From assembly GCF_006345805.1 (NCBI RefSeq), contig NC_043008.1, positions 75,888,001-75,952,000 on the forward strand: DNA of 64,000 nucleotides, written 5' to 3'. The notes beneath the pieces were generated by a model, which saw only the letters and a program-made list of their open reading frames with translations, made no database searches and was not told where the DNA came from. This document shows, piece by piece, positions 26,259-40,465 of this stretch; positions within the stretch are counted from its first letter, which is position 1; each line of letters opens with the position of its first letter. The DNA comes from Octopus sinensis (Eukaryota). The translations under genes were made by a program, and so were the position numbers.

Positions 26259-28830
26259 TTTCCAATTGATTTACATTTTATTTCATCTTCCGACCGGGTC
26301 TTAAACAGAGACCTAAGGCACCTATGTATTAGAAACTTCATGAGAATGTGGGCTGTTGATGTCAACAAAATTATTTGAGTCTCATAGATTGTTAGTTTCC
26401 CAAGAATCTGCTCAAAACATTTTCCAGTACCTTTCTTGATCATTCCCAGGGCGCCTACAACAATAGAGATGATTTTGGCTTTTAATTGCCATGTCCTAGA
26501 TATCTCAAATGCTTCTCATATTTCGAGAATTTTTCAAATACATTTACTGAGATATTTCTCTCAGTAGGCACTGTCATATCAATTAACATGCATGTTTTAT
26601 GCTTTAGATTTATGATGGCGATGTCTTGTCTGTTAACATTTATTTGCTTGACCTTATGCATCCCATAATCCCATATGATAGTAATATTCGTTCTCTCGTT
26701 TACTGTCTTTGGATGGTGTTCATAGTAGTTCTTAGAGTGCGTGATATCATATTAACGGTACACACTCCACTGCAAGTATTGGCCAACTTTATCATGCCTG
26801 GTTTTACATTCTGTTGGTGCAAGGACTGAAGAACTGGTAACAATGTTGTCAATACCCTCCAGTTTGTCGCTGCAATGTGTACACTTTGTGTCTACCCCAT
26901 TTTGCATGGCATTAGCCTGATAGTTCCGAATGAGAAGACTCTCTTCTGTTTTGGTTTTCAAACCAACACTCAGTCGCTACATCAGCTTCGCCATGCAAAG
27001 GGGTTTTTTTTTTGCCACAGTCTCGATACTATCTTCAAGATTTCCTGTTTGGCTTTTGTTTTACGCTTCTTACCGCCTTAGTGGCTGACGGGTCCTCCTT
27101 ATCCTCATCATAATCAGGGAGGTTAAGCTCTCGTGTGTATTTATATACCTTCTTTGAGATTGAATGAAATTTTTTACTATGTTCAAGTTGCATTACCAGC
27201 TGTATCATCCAATCGGTGTTACTTTTGACGTACACTAGAGTCCTTTTGTGGTCGTTCTATAGGACGTTCCAAGTATGATTAGGCCTGTACAACCTTCCTT
27301 TCCCGGAAGCTAGAGTCTGTGGACGTTTGGGTTTTGGTGGTGCATCCTGTTTAGTGTCAGCAGTTTCCTGGTCTCTATATTGATCCGCTGGAGTTCATTC
27401 AGATTCTAATTGATGACATTAAGGCTATCATAGAGAATTGGTACAACCATGGATTTCATAGCTACACGTCTACTCTGGGAGTTCAGCCCAGTATTCAGGG
27501 CCATTCTGACACGTCTTTGGAAAAATATTCAATATAGTTCAGTGAAAGTTTCCCAAGATACTTTTGATCCAGACCCGTGATACATATATCATCATCAAGT
27601 TAGGTTGTTGCATTTGCTGCCAGTTTATCACGTTTGAACAACGCTTTTGCACATTTATCAAGTCCGAATTCCATATTTATATCACCGCTGAATTGTTTCA
27701 CAGTTATTAGTATCCTTTTCAGACCCTTGTCAACTTCTGCATATAATTTCAGATCATTCGTGTAGAGCAAGTGTGAGACGATCTTGTCAAACATTTTGTA
27801 AGCATGATTTGTTATATTAAGCTCATATGACAAGGGAATGAGAGAAAGACAGAACAGGAGAGGGGAAATTAAATCACCCTGGACTATTCTACGGTCTATT
27901 TTGATGTTCTCTGATAAATACGAGAATTTCTCGTGATTGAGAAACAATTTTGAGTTCACCTGTCCTTTTCCTTTTACCAGAGAGAACGATCTTGTATATA
28001 ATTAATGCATTTAAGATCTGGCTATGTAGAAAACTGTCAAATGCTTTACGATAGTCAATCCATGCTGTACTGAGATTACGGTTTTCGATGAGCAATTTTC
28101 GTGTATCATACGGTATTTTTAATTTTAAGGCTGCGAGCTGGCAGAAACGTTATCACGCCCGGCGAAATGCTTTGCGGTATTTCGTCTGTCGCAACGTTCT
28201 GAGTTCAAATTCCGCCGAGGTCGACTTTGCCTTTCATCCTTTCGGGGTCGATTAAATAAGTACCAGTTACGCGCTGGGGTCGATATAATCGTCTTAATCC
28301 GTTTGTTTGCCCTTGTTTGTCCTCTCTGTGTTTAGCCCCTTGTGGGCAGTAAAGAAATAGGTATTTTTTAATTGCTGACCTTTGCAGCTGCATGAGTTCC
28401 TTTTGCACCCTTTTTGTTCAAGAGCAAGAATATTGTCTTCATCGAGAAATTGGTACATCCTTTCAGTGAGGATGGACATGTGTGTTTTGTACATGGTGGT
28501 CAAACATGTGATCGCCTTGCAGATTTGTGATTTCTTGTGTCGCTCAGGTTATCCCTAACTATAGCCAGCTTGGAGTCTTTTCGGGGTTTCTAATGATATT
28601 AGAAAAGCATTCCATTAATTTACTGTGCGAATATGAGAGTATATTAAGCCAGAAGTTTGGGATTTTATCATGTCCAGGAGGTTCCACTTATGAGTTTTAG
28701 ATAGCGAATCAGTTAGTTTCTGCATTGCTATATCGTTCCATTTTTGTTCTTCAATATCAGTCTTTCTTTCTTTTTCTCTCCCTACCCATTCAGCTTCCTT
28801 GTAGGATTCTTTTTTTATCGCTCCATTAGA
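26259..28830 (-). mobile_element. Decayed R4/Dong-like LINE (RT to RLE) interrupted by a SINE
   Basis: LEQKGCKR, AWIDYRKAFDS, QGDLISPLLFCLSLIPLS, FGLDKCAKA, C..C..RHDKVGQY, STAHILMK; ends in (AAT)n. Confidence 0.9.
28125..28359 (+). mobile_element. SINE family 1, full length, with target-site duplication
   Basis: A-box/B-box-like head (gagctggcagaaacg..gagttcaaattcc); TSD ggtattttt(t)aatt at 28112-28124 and 28360-28373. Confidence 0.9.
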
Positions 28831-29200
28831 TTCTCCAAAATATCACTATTATTATAGTGCTAAATCTGATGAATAGGGATTGAGCTGCGTCTCTGTAGCG
28901 CCTTCTTAGGTCGTGGAGATGAATGGATTTTCCATTGTGACGACTGCTGCTCCATCTCTGGACCGTACCCGTAGACCCAACACTCGTCACCGATATGAAG
29001 GATGGGTCATCGGCGGCGTGCTGACGGAGATCTTCACAGACTTCTGCGTGGTGTTCTTTCTGCTCAGTGGTCAACAGGATGGGGACAAACTTGGCAGAAC
29101 ATGCCCCGTGTTCAATTCAGATATTAGGATTGCCTACACGGAGCCATATGAGAGACGAACATCATCAGCAATGTCTTTGATTAACTTACATATTTAATTT
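28830..29200 (-). mobile_element. Mariner transposase fragment
   Basis: TTEQKEHHAEVCEDLRQHAADDPSFIS.. followed by frameshifted W..YGY.P..EQQSSQWKIHS. Confidence 0.75.
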
Positions 29201-29689
29201 GTGTACAGTAATCTGTGACAATGAGAGCATCGTTTCCTTCCCATCAACCGCCATGTGTGCATATGACAGATAATAGCATCCACTGAATCCCAAAGCATCA
29301 TGTTATATCCAACTTTTGATAATTTGAACTCCTCTTTCAGGCACTTGGTGGTAGCCCTGTGCATCCTAATAATTGTTATATATTACGGCAAGCTATGCTT
29401 CTCGCAGAAACGTGCTAATGCATTTTCTATTCTCTTTCTTCTAGTCAGAGTTATTCAAGAGAACAATTCACAAATGTACAAGTACGCAACACATGGCGGG
29501 CACACACTCGCACACTGCAAACAATGGCAAGAACGCAGTAATAACCATACAAACACTCATTAACTTAAATTTTGAAAGAGAAAAGAAAAATCAAGGAAGA
29601 AATCATTGAGAAGAAGAGTGTGTGGTGAAAGATTTTGCCAAATTAATTATTATTTATTACTTATTTAATTCATAATATTTCCAACTTAG

Positions 29690-29900
29690 GCAAAAGGCCA
29701 GTGGTTTTGAAAAACGGGGATCGCTGGTTCTACCATCCTCAATACTTGACTAGCTCATTATTTTATTCAGTCTGAAAGGATAAACGACAAAGTTAACTTC
29801 TGCGGTATTTGAACCCAGAACGTAAAGAGCCAGAACAAGAAACGCAAGGTATATATTTTTATGCTTTGCGACTCTGTCTATCCAACTGTCTTGATATTAG
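29690..29900 (-). mobile_element. SINE family 1, decayed
   Basis: Minus strand reads acgttctgggttcaaataccgcagaagttaactttgtc. Confidence 0.55.
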
Positions 29901-29997
29901 TAAATAATATTAACATGGTGGACCACCACAAAAACTCGTTTGAATTTGTTGGCAGTAATAAGCCTTCGTGTAAGAAGAGAAAACATCTCTACCCACA

Positions 29998-30040
<43 letters not shown>

Positions 30041-30084
30041 CTCTCCCGCACCTTCTCTCTTGTCTCCCTTCTCTCCTGCCTGTT

Positions 30085-30413
30085 TGGCACCTTGGGCAAG
30101 TGTCTTCTATTATAGCCTCGGGCCGACCAAAGCCTTATGAGTGTATTTGGTAGACGGAAACTGAAAGAAGCCCGTCGTATATATATATATATATATATAT
30201 ATGTCTGTGTGTTTGTGTGTCTGTGTTTGTCCCCCCAACATCGCTTGACAACCGATGTTGGTGTGTTTATGTCCCCGTAACTTAGCGGTTCGGCCAAAGA
30301 GACTGATAGAATAAGTACTAGGTTTACGAAGAATAAGTCCTGGGGGTCGATTTCCTCGACTAAAGGCGGTGCTCTAGTATGGCCCCAGTCAAATGACTGA
30401 AACAAGTAAAAGA

Positions 30414-30415
<2 letters not shown>
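30085..30415 (+). mobile_element. SINE family 2, 5'-truncated
   Basis: Collinear with 14118-14455. Confidence 0.85.
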
Positions 30416-30485
<70 letters not shown>

Positions 30486-31541
30486 GTATAAAATGACAGA
30501 TAGAAAGACAGAAAGAGAGAGAGTGAAAGAGTTATGTTGTGTTTATATTCTATACTTCCTCTCTGAAAACTTCGACCACCCTTCCTATTTCAGCCACCAT
30601 CACTCAGCACGAATTAACATATCATCCAATTACGACGTGCCTGGGGAACTTTCATCAAACTAATCCGACCTCCACCACTTCTATGGTAGCTGAGTGAAGG
30701 ATACTCATAAGAATATTCGGCAACATTATTAGCAAAGATAATTCTGGTTGTAATTCATACACGCTTTGATCGAAATAGGAAATTTGTGAATGTTTCTATA
30801 ATTCTTTGTAATCCTGATGTCACACAAAAATGAACTTTCAGTCCACTGTCCCTTATGAATGTCTGTGTATTGGAGTGTGTGTGTGTGTGTGTGTGTTTGT
30901 GTGCGTGTGTGTGTGTGTGTGTGTTTGCTTGTGTGTTACTGTGTGTGTGTGTTTTAGTGTACCTAGTGCGTATGTGTGTGTAAGTGTAGATATGTGCGCG
31001 CGTATGTGTGTGTGCATGTCTGTATTTTTGTATGTTGGTATGTATATATGTGTGTATCTATAAGTGTTTATGTGTGTGAAAGAGAAAGAGAGAGAGATTG
31101 AGAGAGAGAGATAGTGTGTGTATGCGCGCGCGCAATGTACACAGCGCCATAAATAATATGTATCCGGTAGTTTAGACTGCGATTCGGTGGATAATCGTTC
31201 GTAAGAGATTATTCAAGTAAATTTTATGATCAGATTAGTAAGCTATTTGAAAAGGTTTTAGATTGTCATGAAACAATCTGAATACAGCAGAAGCGTAATA
31301 AAACAAAGCATACTCTTCCCTCTTGCAATAATTGTGTAAGGTGTAAGTAGAATATATTAGAAGCGAACCGAGATCTGAATCCGTTGGTGATACCTTGATG
31401 TCTAATAAAAATCTGTAGTTACCCAAGACAAAATCTAAAATATTTTCGGCGGGTTCAGACAAAATAGTTGCCTATATATATATATATATATATATATAAA
31501 TGTGTGTGTGTGTATGTGTGTGTGTTTGTGTGTGTGTGTAC

Positions 31542-31611
<70 letters not shown>

Positions 31612-32050
31612 TACATATTCATTAAATTCGTGGACATCGAGTAGACCTTATTCATGATTTCATTTACTAAGGGAATATGAAATTACCGCTGGATGCAGCG
31701 GATGTATAATTGCAGGCTGTTCATGAATTTTGACCAATGAAACGTTTGATTGGGGTACGTGAGCAGTTATGTGTGTATTTAGTGGGGATGAGCAGGAGGT
31801 AATGGACAGAGAGAAAGGGGTGGTAAATACACAGGAGAGGGTGGTGTGTGTGTGGTGAGGTTGAAATAAGTTTGATATCTGAGTATGCAGTTGTCAGGCT
31901 GGGTAGTATATTTCATCGGTTTGACTACAATTTGACCTTAGTTACAGCATGTATACTTACGGGTCAGTCTATATATATATATCTATTTGTTCATCTATAT
32001 ACCTGTCTATCTATCTATATACATACATACATATATACATATATATATAC

Positions 32051-32176
<126 letters not shown>

Positions 32177-32289
32177 ATTGGACGGAGTTAAAATGTGGTC
32201 GGGTTCTCTCGATTTTTATGATTGTATTAAATTTTTTTACAATGTTGAAGTGTTTTAAACATAAATAAAATATTTTTGTTATGTTCATA

Positions 32290-33830
32290 AAGTTCAATTA
32301 GCGCTTTCATGCATTCATAGTAATCACCAGATTTCAAAATGTATTTAATTCACAGTTGAGTTCTTCAGAGCTGTAGTAAAATGACTGACTTCTTCCTCTT
32401 TATACATCTCCCGTTGAATTTTTCGAATACGGGTTTGACCAATCCGCATGAATCTTAAACGTTACAGTTTGACGGCTTACTGATATTATTGGCATAGATC
32501 CCGCCTTTATTTTCACCATTTAGTTTGAGATTTACATGTAATGGTTTTATGAGTGAACATAGTTGGTTTCGATCGCTTTTATTGCAATTAATGGGAAACT
32601 TCTATAGTTTGATTATATTATTTTAAAGATATGTGTAATCCTTATCGTTAGCTGGTTGTTATAGTAGTGGTTTTATTGCCGTTCAGAACAGGTTTGAACA
32701 TTTTCATGAAATATTTTTCTTTTAACTTTTTCCAACCTCTCTTGTATCATGTAATTTGTGGGAAAGGAAAAAAAATGGAAGCAACATTTTCTAACCACTT
32801 ATTTCTACATCTTGACTCAATTGTTTTCGGGCTTTGTTGTCTGTGGACTCCTGAGCATTCCGAGAGCGGCATCCCATGTACATGGAAGGACGAAAACAGC
32901 AAGAGATGCAGTAGATAACATTGTTGGCGGTGCAGCTAAAAGTGTCGGTGATGTGATATGGGGCAGTGATGGGTGCCGGTGAGGATAGAGGCGCTGGAGA
33001 GGTAGAGGCATGTGCGGTATCATGGGCGAGAGAAGGCGAAGAGGCCGTGCTGGGTGCTAATAGTACACATGCTAATATACAGACATTGCAGTCCAGAAGG
33101 TCACGTAGGTTATGGGGGCATTTGAAGGGGGCGTTATGGAAGAAGTGGGAGGTGGAGGAGTCGGAAGGCGCGGAGAATGGTTCGTTGGCGGGGTAAGGTG
33201 GAGGTTGTGATAGATGAGGGAAAATGGGAGGTGGTTTTGTTTTACTTAATTTTATGAAGGGGTTGTTGGATATGTGTTCATGTTTGAAGTTGGTTTCATA
33301 ATCCAAGAACCAGTTGGCGCTCTTTTCCCATCGTTGGAAGGACTTTAGTTCCTCTTTTTCACATTCTTCTTTCCATAATGTAAGTAATGTTTCAGTATTG
33401 ATACCGTCTGTTAGTTTGTTGACTTCTTCGTTGATTTCTTCTTCTATGGTTTTTACGTTTTCTTCATTCGTCTTAGCTCTCAGTTTAAGTAGTTCAATTT
33501 CCATCTTCCTTTTTTTTAATGACATTTTTTCTCTAAGTCTTCTTTGTTTTCTGCTTCTTCCAGGATGGGTTTTATTTGTAATTTGCGGGGTATGATTAGG
33601 GGTGTTGATTTACTTTTGGTAAATCTCTGCTTTATTCTTATTTTGTATCATTTTCCAAAATGCGAATTTTCTGTTTCGCTGTAGTTTTCTCCATTGGGGA
33701 AGGACTTGGTTCTTTATTTGTAATGTTGAAGTCATTAGGTTCTTCCCATGTGGTCCTTCTTTTTGTTGCTCTTGTCTTGTAAAGTTTGTAAAGAATGTCT
33801 TCATTGTGTCGCATAGATTTCCAAAGTTCT
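32290..33830 (-). mobile_element. Internally deleted, mosaic Penelope-like element without RT
   Basis: N-terminal-like region (AFWKMIQNKNKAE..LWKEECEKEE..WFLDYE); GIY-YIG-type HITDTFSCTANNVIYCISC..YMG; C-terminal KEKYFMKMFKPVLN; decayed HHR-like motif at 32292-32336. Confidence 0.7.
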
Positions 33831-34709
33831 CGTATACACACACACACACACACACACACGCACATATATATATATATACATATATATGTGACATATGTGT
33901 CTGCAAATGAGTTTGTCCTTAAAACAATTAATAGAACATTTTCCTCAGCAAATTTGGGTTTTTATCAATTGTTACATTTAAACAGTTAAAGAAAAAAATA
34001 CTATATACAGCCTACTTCTGGGTCAGATGTTCTACAAGTAGTGGATTGCATTTCAAGGAACCAAATACATAGAATGATTGATACAAAGGTAGTGCACCAG
34101 GTAAATTATTTAAAAAAAACTTTAATTTGGCGACAGCATGATTAAAATGCAGGAATATGAAGTGAAAAAAGTCTACTCTAACAAAATATTTCACATAACT
34201 GTCCATCAAAATAAATATTATTATAATAAAGTGGTTTATCTTCACATATATTGTAGTTCTGTATTTGGGTTATAGAAATTCAATTTTGATTTTGGATATA
34301 ATATTTGTTATATTTGGTTTTTAATTTTCCATTTTTTATTGTTTTATTACATTATTGGATATGAATGCATTTGCTTAGATTATAGCTTACAGCAATTTTA
34401 CCGTTATTTGAAATTAATTTGAGGTATTCTCTTCTGGTATATATATATGTACATGTGTGTGTATACATACATATATGTATGTATGTATTCACGTGTGTTT
34501 GTACGTATTTATATATGTAGTCCTGTATGTATCCTCTTCAGTACATCATATTCTTCCAGTATTATGATTTTGCATTTCTACTTGTGTACTTTCATTGCCG
34601 ATAAATTCAATAAAACTGCAATCAACCCCGTTCTTTTACTCACACACACTCTCTCCCTCTCCACCTTTCTTTCTTCCCCCTTTTCCTTTACACACACACA
34701 CATATATAC

Positions 34710-34768
<59 letters not shown>

Positions 34769-35654
34769 CATATTCTTTTTCAGTAATTATGAATGGCTAG
34801 AATATATAGTATAGTCTCTCACACATAGATATTTGCACATATGTGCTGACTGTCAGTGTATACAGACTTTCACACTGTTTCTGGTTCCTGCCCGTTAGCT
34901 TCTGTCTCCACTGACGCACTGCAATCAATAGAATCGAATCTTTATCTCAATCTGAAAAATAAAAAATTGTATGAACAAAACATATTCCTGTCTTCTTGAA
35001 TCTGTTTTCACTAATGGACTGATTGCTTCTGCCGAATTATCACTGAAAATTTCGTTTTCTCCATACGTTTCCAGAATAGAAATATAATATCCTTGTGAAA
35101 GACATTTGATGTGTAGGCTGTGTCATATTTATAAAAAGAAAATATTTAGAAAATTAGAGTTAATTTGTGTAGGTCCACAAAACGTTTCTTTCACGCACGA
35201 ATATATACACCAACAAAAACAATTTCTTCATCTCAAGAATTAAGACAACCTGTGTCAAATATTTAAATTGCTAAGCTTAAACTCTAGTATTTCTTATCAA
35301 CAAAATTTGGTAGATGGAAGCAGAATAAAATCCAGTTGGGTGGAATTATCTCGGATGTGTGGATCAATTCCGCTTTCCTTTGAAACATGTGTAATTTTAA
35401 CAGAGTCCACTCTATTTTAAAACACGTGGTAAGGTTTCTGGCCGGAAGATACCTGCCTCTTTACATTCATAGACTTCCTGTGTCCAGGAAGAGGATCATA
35501 CTTGATGCCTCACCTACTCTTATTAAAGCACCATAAAGGAAATATGTGTTCCTAAGAAAGTATCTGTGTATGCACGATTCACTGCGACAATGCTTCAGAA
35601 CCATTTTCAAGTGGTTAAGGGAATTGAACACCAATACCTATTTCTGAAGCCTAA

Positions 35655-35788
35655 TACTTTTTACTATCAGTTCCCTGTCGAACTGCTAAATTACGGAGAT
35701 GAAAACAAGCCAATATCAGTTGTGAAGCAGTGGTGAGGTATACAACACAAATATAAAGGACACAAATACAAAGATATATACGAATATA

Positions 35789-35839
<51 letters not shown>

Positions 35840-36000
35840 TATATATATATACATATACAGTCATCCATACATATATGACGGGCCTCTTGGTTCGCCGTGG
35901 CGCTAAAATGCAAAACACTTGACCAAGGCGCCGCACACTAGGACAGAATCCATGACGAAATGTTTGAGAATCAATATTCTTAACCACATTAGCACGCAGG
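35655..36000 (-). mobile_element. SINE family 2, old
   Basis: Minus strand reads ccttggtcaagtgttt..atctccgtaatttagcagttcgacagggaactgatag. Confidence 0.55.
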
Positions 36001-36499
36001 TTCATACGCACAGACATACACAAATACACGCTCATGCATACACAATCTTTCTTCCTGTCTCACTCTCTCTCTCGCTCTCACTCACACATGCATGCATAGA
36101 TATAATTTTATTTCTTGTTGCTAGAAACTCTTGCCATGTTGTGCTCTACCGTTGATGTAATTTCTTTTCTTTCATTTCCACGACCTACTTTCGGTGCTTT
36201 GTTTTGATGAATGAAACCCCGTTCTCGTTTGTGGGCTTTTTATTCTGTGATGTGCTTTCATCTGGTAACATAGATAAAAGATTGCCCAGTGTTTGCTTTT
36301 TTAATGCATCAACTTACATATCACGTGTTTTTCATTGGTTTTTGGCATGGAATTGAAAATGAATGTGCAAGCTTCTGAGACCTAAGCTGTTACAGGTGCT
36401 CCAAAAGAAAGCGGGATATTTGGTATTACGTGATATAAGCCTCCCAAATTATTCCAGCTGATTAAAACTATATTTTTTCTAACACAATCTCAAGCACAT

Positions 36500-38020
36500 G
36501 CAGCATTAAATATCACAACCAAAAATTTAGCCACCAAACTTAAAATAAAGGCTAGAATATAGGATATCAACATTAACGCCAAAATATCCATATATAGTCA
36601 TGAAAGAGCATAACCTCAACGTGAATAGCAAACCATCCGACAGAATTGTAAACACTTCGTAACAGAACATGGAAATTATTAGTAAAAAAAATATCATTAG
36701 ATAAATTCTCACCAACGATAGAACTAAACTTTATATTACCTGTCTAGTTTAGCACATACGATCCCAAACAACAACGAATGATATTTCTTCGACATTTATG
36801 TGTCAATAACAATTTGAGCTTCGCAGACACAATAACTATAGTAGATGACACTGAAATAGAAACAATACCACAACCAATGAAATCGCTCCACTCACACAAC
36901 AATGCATTTTGAATGTTAAAAATATCGGTAGAGAACGATTTGACATAAGCATAGCATCAAAGGACTCAGCAAAACTTAGAGGCATCGTCGGGGTTAATAT
37001 ACTAGAAAAGTTCCACAGAAAATTTCCATTCTTCTTTGGTGCTCTTAATATGGTCTCTTTGAAAATTTAGGTTTCTCCATTATAGTAGAAACACAGCTGA
37101 CATCAGTGAACTTCATTGATTTTATCCCCAACTTAGATTACAGTATATATAAAATCCACGAGAAAGATAACAAAAACATCTATATCCTTCAAGACAATCC
37201 AACTATCCCAAACCATAATTAGAAACCTCAGGATGAACATATCTCTAATATTCTCTTTTTTATCCTCCAATGAAAAAGTACTGAATGATGTAGGTATTTC
37301 ATATATGTTTTCAACAATAGCAGTTACAAAGAAAAGGTACAAAATATAAACAAAATAACACCCACAAGAAATGGGAAAATTTAAAGAGAGAAAAGGAAAA
37401 TCATCTTATATAAACCCCCACACCAATAACTATGGTATTTTTCAGTATACTCCATAAGCACTTTCAGCATAACCACAATTATCATAAACCAATAAACATA
37501 CACAACATAAAATTATTATATTACAAAACCAAGAAGTTCGAAAACATTGTAGCCAATAAAAAGTAACGAAATTTCTTAAAGTAGAACCCCAACCAGACAC
37601 ATAATAACAATAATTGCAACTTGAGATCCTATTCATCCGGTCCTCTGGAAACTCCCTCACAGGAAATATTTTAGTGGGGCCACTGTAACCATGTACATCA
37701 CACGAACTAATACATCCATATATATGGTCTGCAGAATGCCAGTTCAAAGCACAATACAACCAACATACATGGTTTAGAACCTAAACAGGAAAAATGATAA
37801 CGCACTCTATCCAACAGCGAAATATAAAAGTACACAGTTTAGCATTAACTGGAAAATCCTGTCACATGTACGACCATACCAAACAAATAACAAAACCTAT
37901 CAACTTTGTATTAATGAATAGTACCAATTACTCCCCTTCATGATCAAATTTTGAAGAGAAAATTTGAAATAGTATCTTTCTACAAGCACATTTCACAGCA
38001 CAAAAACCTTTTATACTAAT
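36500..38020 (+). pseudogene. Decayed Penelope-type RT plus GIY-YIG
   Basis: Frame-hopping FDISIASKDSAKLRGIVGVNIL, FENLGFSIIVETQLTSVNFID, KHFQHNHNYHKPINIHNIKLLY, INWKILSHVRPYQ..QLCINE. Confidence 0.75.
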
Positions 38021-38794
38021 ATTTTTCCATAGGCTACATATGAAAATAACATACCTTTTATCCCAGCACTCAATCTTTATAATAGATTATCCCCATAATA
38101 TACATAAAAGCTAATTTTACAGTTTTACACAAAACAAGTGCTGTAAAATTATCTAAAGCAACCCACAAAATTGTCCAATATATGTGCACACACTAACATA
38201 CACACACATACATATATATAGAAATGCAGAGGATGACCTAACAATTTTGTTGCTTTGAATTTATTTTTTATTATTTTTGGTGAATACATTTTTAGAACTT
38301 TGTGATTTTGTCTATATTTACTTTTACGTATAATTTTATGTTTTTATTTTTATAATATCCCACTAGTTTATAATATCCTATTACTACCAATTTACACCAA
38401 CAAAAATAACTAAAACTAGTCACATTTCTACTCTCCAACCTACATTTCGCCTTTCAGCAACCTAAATAGAAAACAATACCTTGACCTAGAGCTTACACAC
38501 CTATATAGACACAGTCCATTCCATGAATAAATTCTGAACAGTAACAGACTCCCAAATTTAATCAATTAAAATTTCCCATAACACATCTCCATCACAACAG
38601 TTCGAAGATAGCTTAGCAGACCGAAACTTCAAAGCTGCCCTCAAATTTGTGTCCAAAAAGAAGTATTCAGCAATCCTTCAAGTTTAAACATTTTACTATA
38701 ATTTAACATAAAAATCAAACATTAGTATATATTTATATATTTAGCTTTGTGTGAGTTTGTGTGTGTGTGTGTGAGCGTGCGTGTGAGTGTGCCT

Positions 38795-38950
38795 AGATGC
38801 AGCCGTTGCTGTGTGCTAAGAAGTTTGCCTCTTTGCGTATTCCTTCAGTCCCACTGCATGGCACTTCGGGCAAACGTCTTCATCATTTACTCTAGTACAA
38901 ACCAAAGGTTTGCGAGTGGATTATGAAGACGGAAATTGAAAGAAGCCCGA
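38795..38950 (+). mobile_element. SINE family 2, 5' half, decayed
   Basis: gctgtgtgctaag..ttcagtcccactgcatggcacttcgggcaaacgtc..gacggaaattgaaagaagccc. Confidence 0.65.
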
Positions 38951-39225
38951 ATTATCAAATTTGGGCCAACAACATTCTATAACCACACACTTTTATACAT
39001 TTCATCATATACAAATAATACCATGGCCTTCAACATATAAAAAAAATACATATATATATAAGCACATTAGATAAAAAACATAAATATGCGCATATAAAAT
39101 ACAAAATATATAGAAGAGCGTGTCAGGGAAAGGTGCATGCAAATCGACTAAAATCTTAAATAAATTATTATCAAAACATATCAATCGACTAAAAATAATT
39201 TTAACCCCTCGGTTAAAAATACATC

Positions 39226-39360
<135 letters not shown>

Positions 39361-39363
39361 GAG

Positions 39364-39412
<49 letters not shown>

Positions 39413-39423
39413 TATATATACTT

Positions 39424-39491
<68 letters not shown>

Positions 39492-39578
39492 CATATATAT
39501 AGATAGATGTTGGTAAATGGAATAAGTATAAAAATTAATTTTTTCAATCTTTCCAATTTAACTAAATTCTATATTTAT

Positions 39579-39668
39579 ATGCAGCTGAAGATTGCGCCAC
39601 ATTTTAAAACTGATGTAATACTTGCATTGTTTAATTAAATGGAGTCGTATGAAACGATCGTACTGCAT
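39579..39668 (+). ncRNA. Solo type I hammerhead ribozyme motif
   Basis: ATGCAG-CTGAAGA(39585-39591)-59-nt stem II-GAAA(39651-39654)-CGATCG-TA-CTGCAT; predicted cleavage after GUA at 39662; stem II closes with U.U rather than G-C. Confidence 0.75.
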
Positions 39669-40465
39669 TACCTTTTGATATCCTTGTTGCTTATTTTGAT
39701 TATAATCACCCCATGTTGAATTACATGGATAATACCATACCAAATTCTGGTGCCTTTAACGTAAGTACCATATTCAACAGAATCTAAATTTTTTCTGAAC
39801 CTATATATATATATATATATATATCAGATTAGTTCGTTTTTAAAAATGAAGCAATCCATAGCAGGTCCGGTATCAAGGAGCTTAAGAGGGTTCCAAAAAG
39901 AAGGGTAGGTCATATATCACATCCATGGCAATACATATATCGAGTAGAGAGAGGAGGAAGTAAATGACATTGAGTAATACATAGATAGATGTAAGTACGC
40001 GTATATGTATATATGTATATAATGTACCTTGCTTTATGTTGAATAAACGCGTGATGTGTATTCCATGCGTTTTGTAGAGAATATCGTTTTAATCGAAATT
40101 AAAAGTGAGTCCTGCAAACCTGTTAAAATTCATATTAGTGCCGTACATACAATCATTGGTAAGAGTTTGGTTTTGTGTTTGTGGGCAAAATGTTTGGTAT
40201 TTATTATCGGTGGTATGTGTTATTGCGATGTTTGCAACTCTTGAAATTGAACATAAAAAAGTGTTATCAATTTACTGTTTGTTGATGAGTGATTTGTAGG
40301 ATACCTTTGCATATTCGTGTATTTTTGTTACATAAATATCTATATGTGCATGTTCGTTCTTGTGACAAGTTAGACACTAACTACCCTTCCGAGATAATAA
40401 ACAGAAACTGACCACACACCTACACGCACATCTGTCCACGCATACACACATACACATATATGTAG

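Noticed and set aside
28128-28215. tRNA-like heads of SINEs as tRNA genes
   Set aside because: No complete cloverleaf; they continue into SINE bodies and tails.
34480-34546. Minus-strand ATGTA-CTGAAGA...CAAA-CACACGTG-AA-TACAT
   Set aside because: Several core mismatches, no stem II pairing, and low-complexity TA/CA context makes chance pairing likely.
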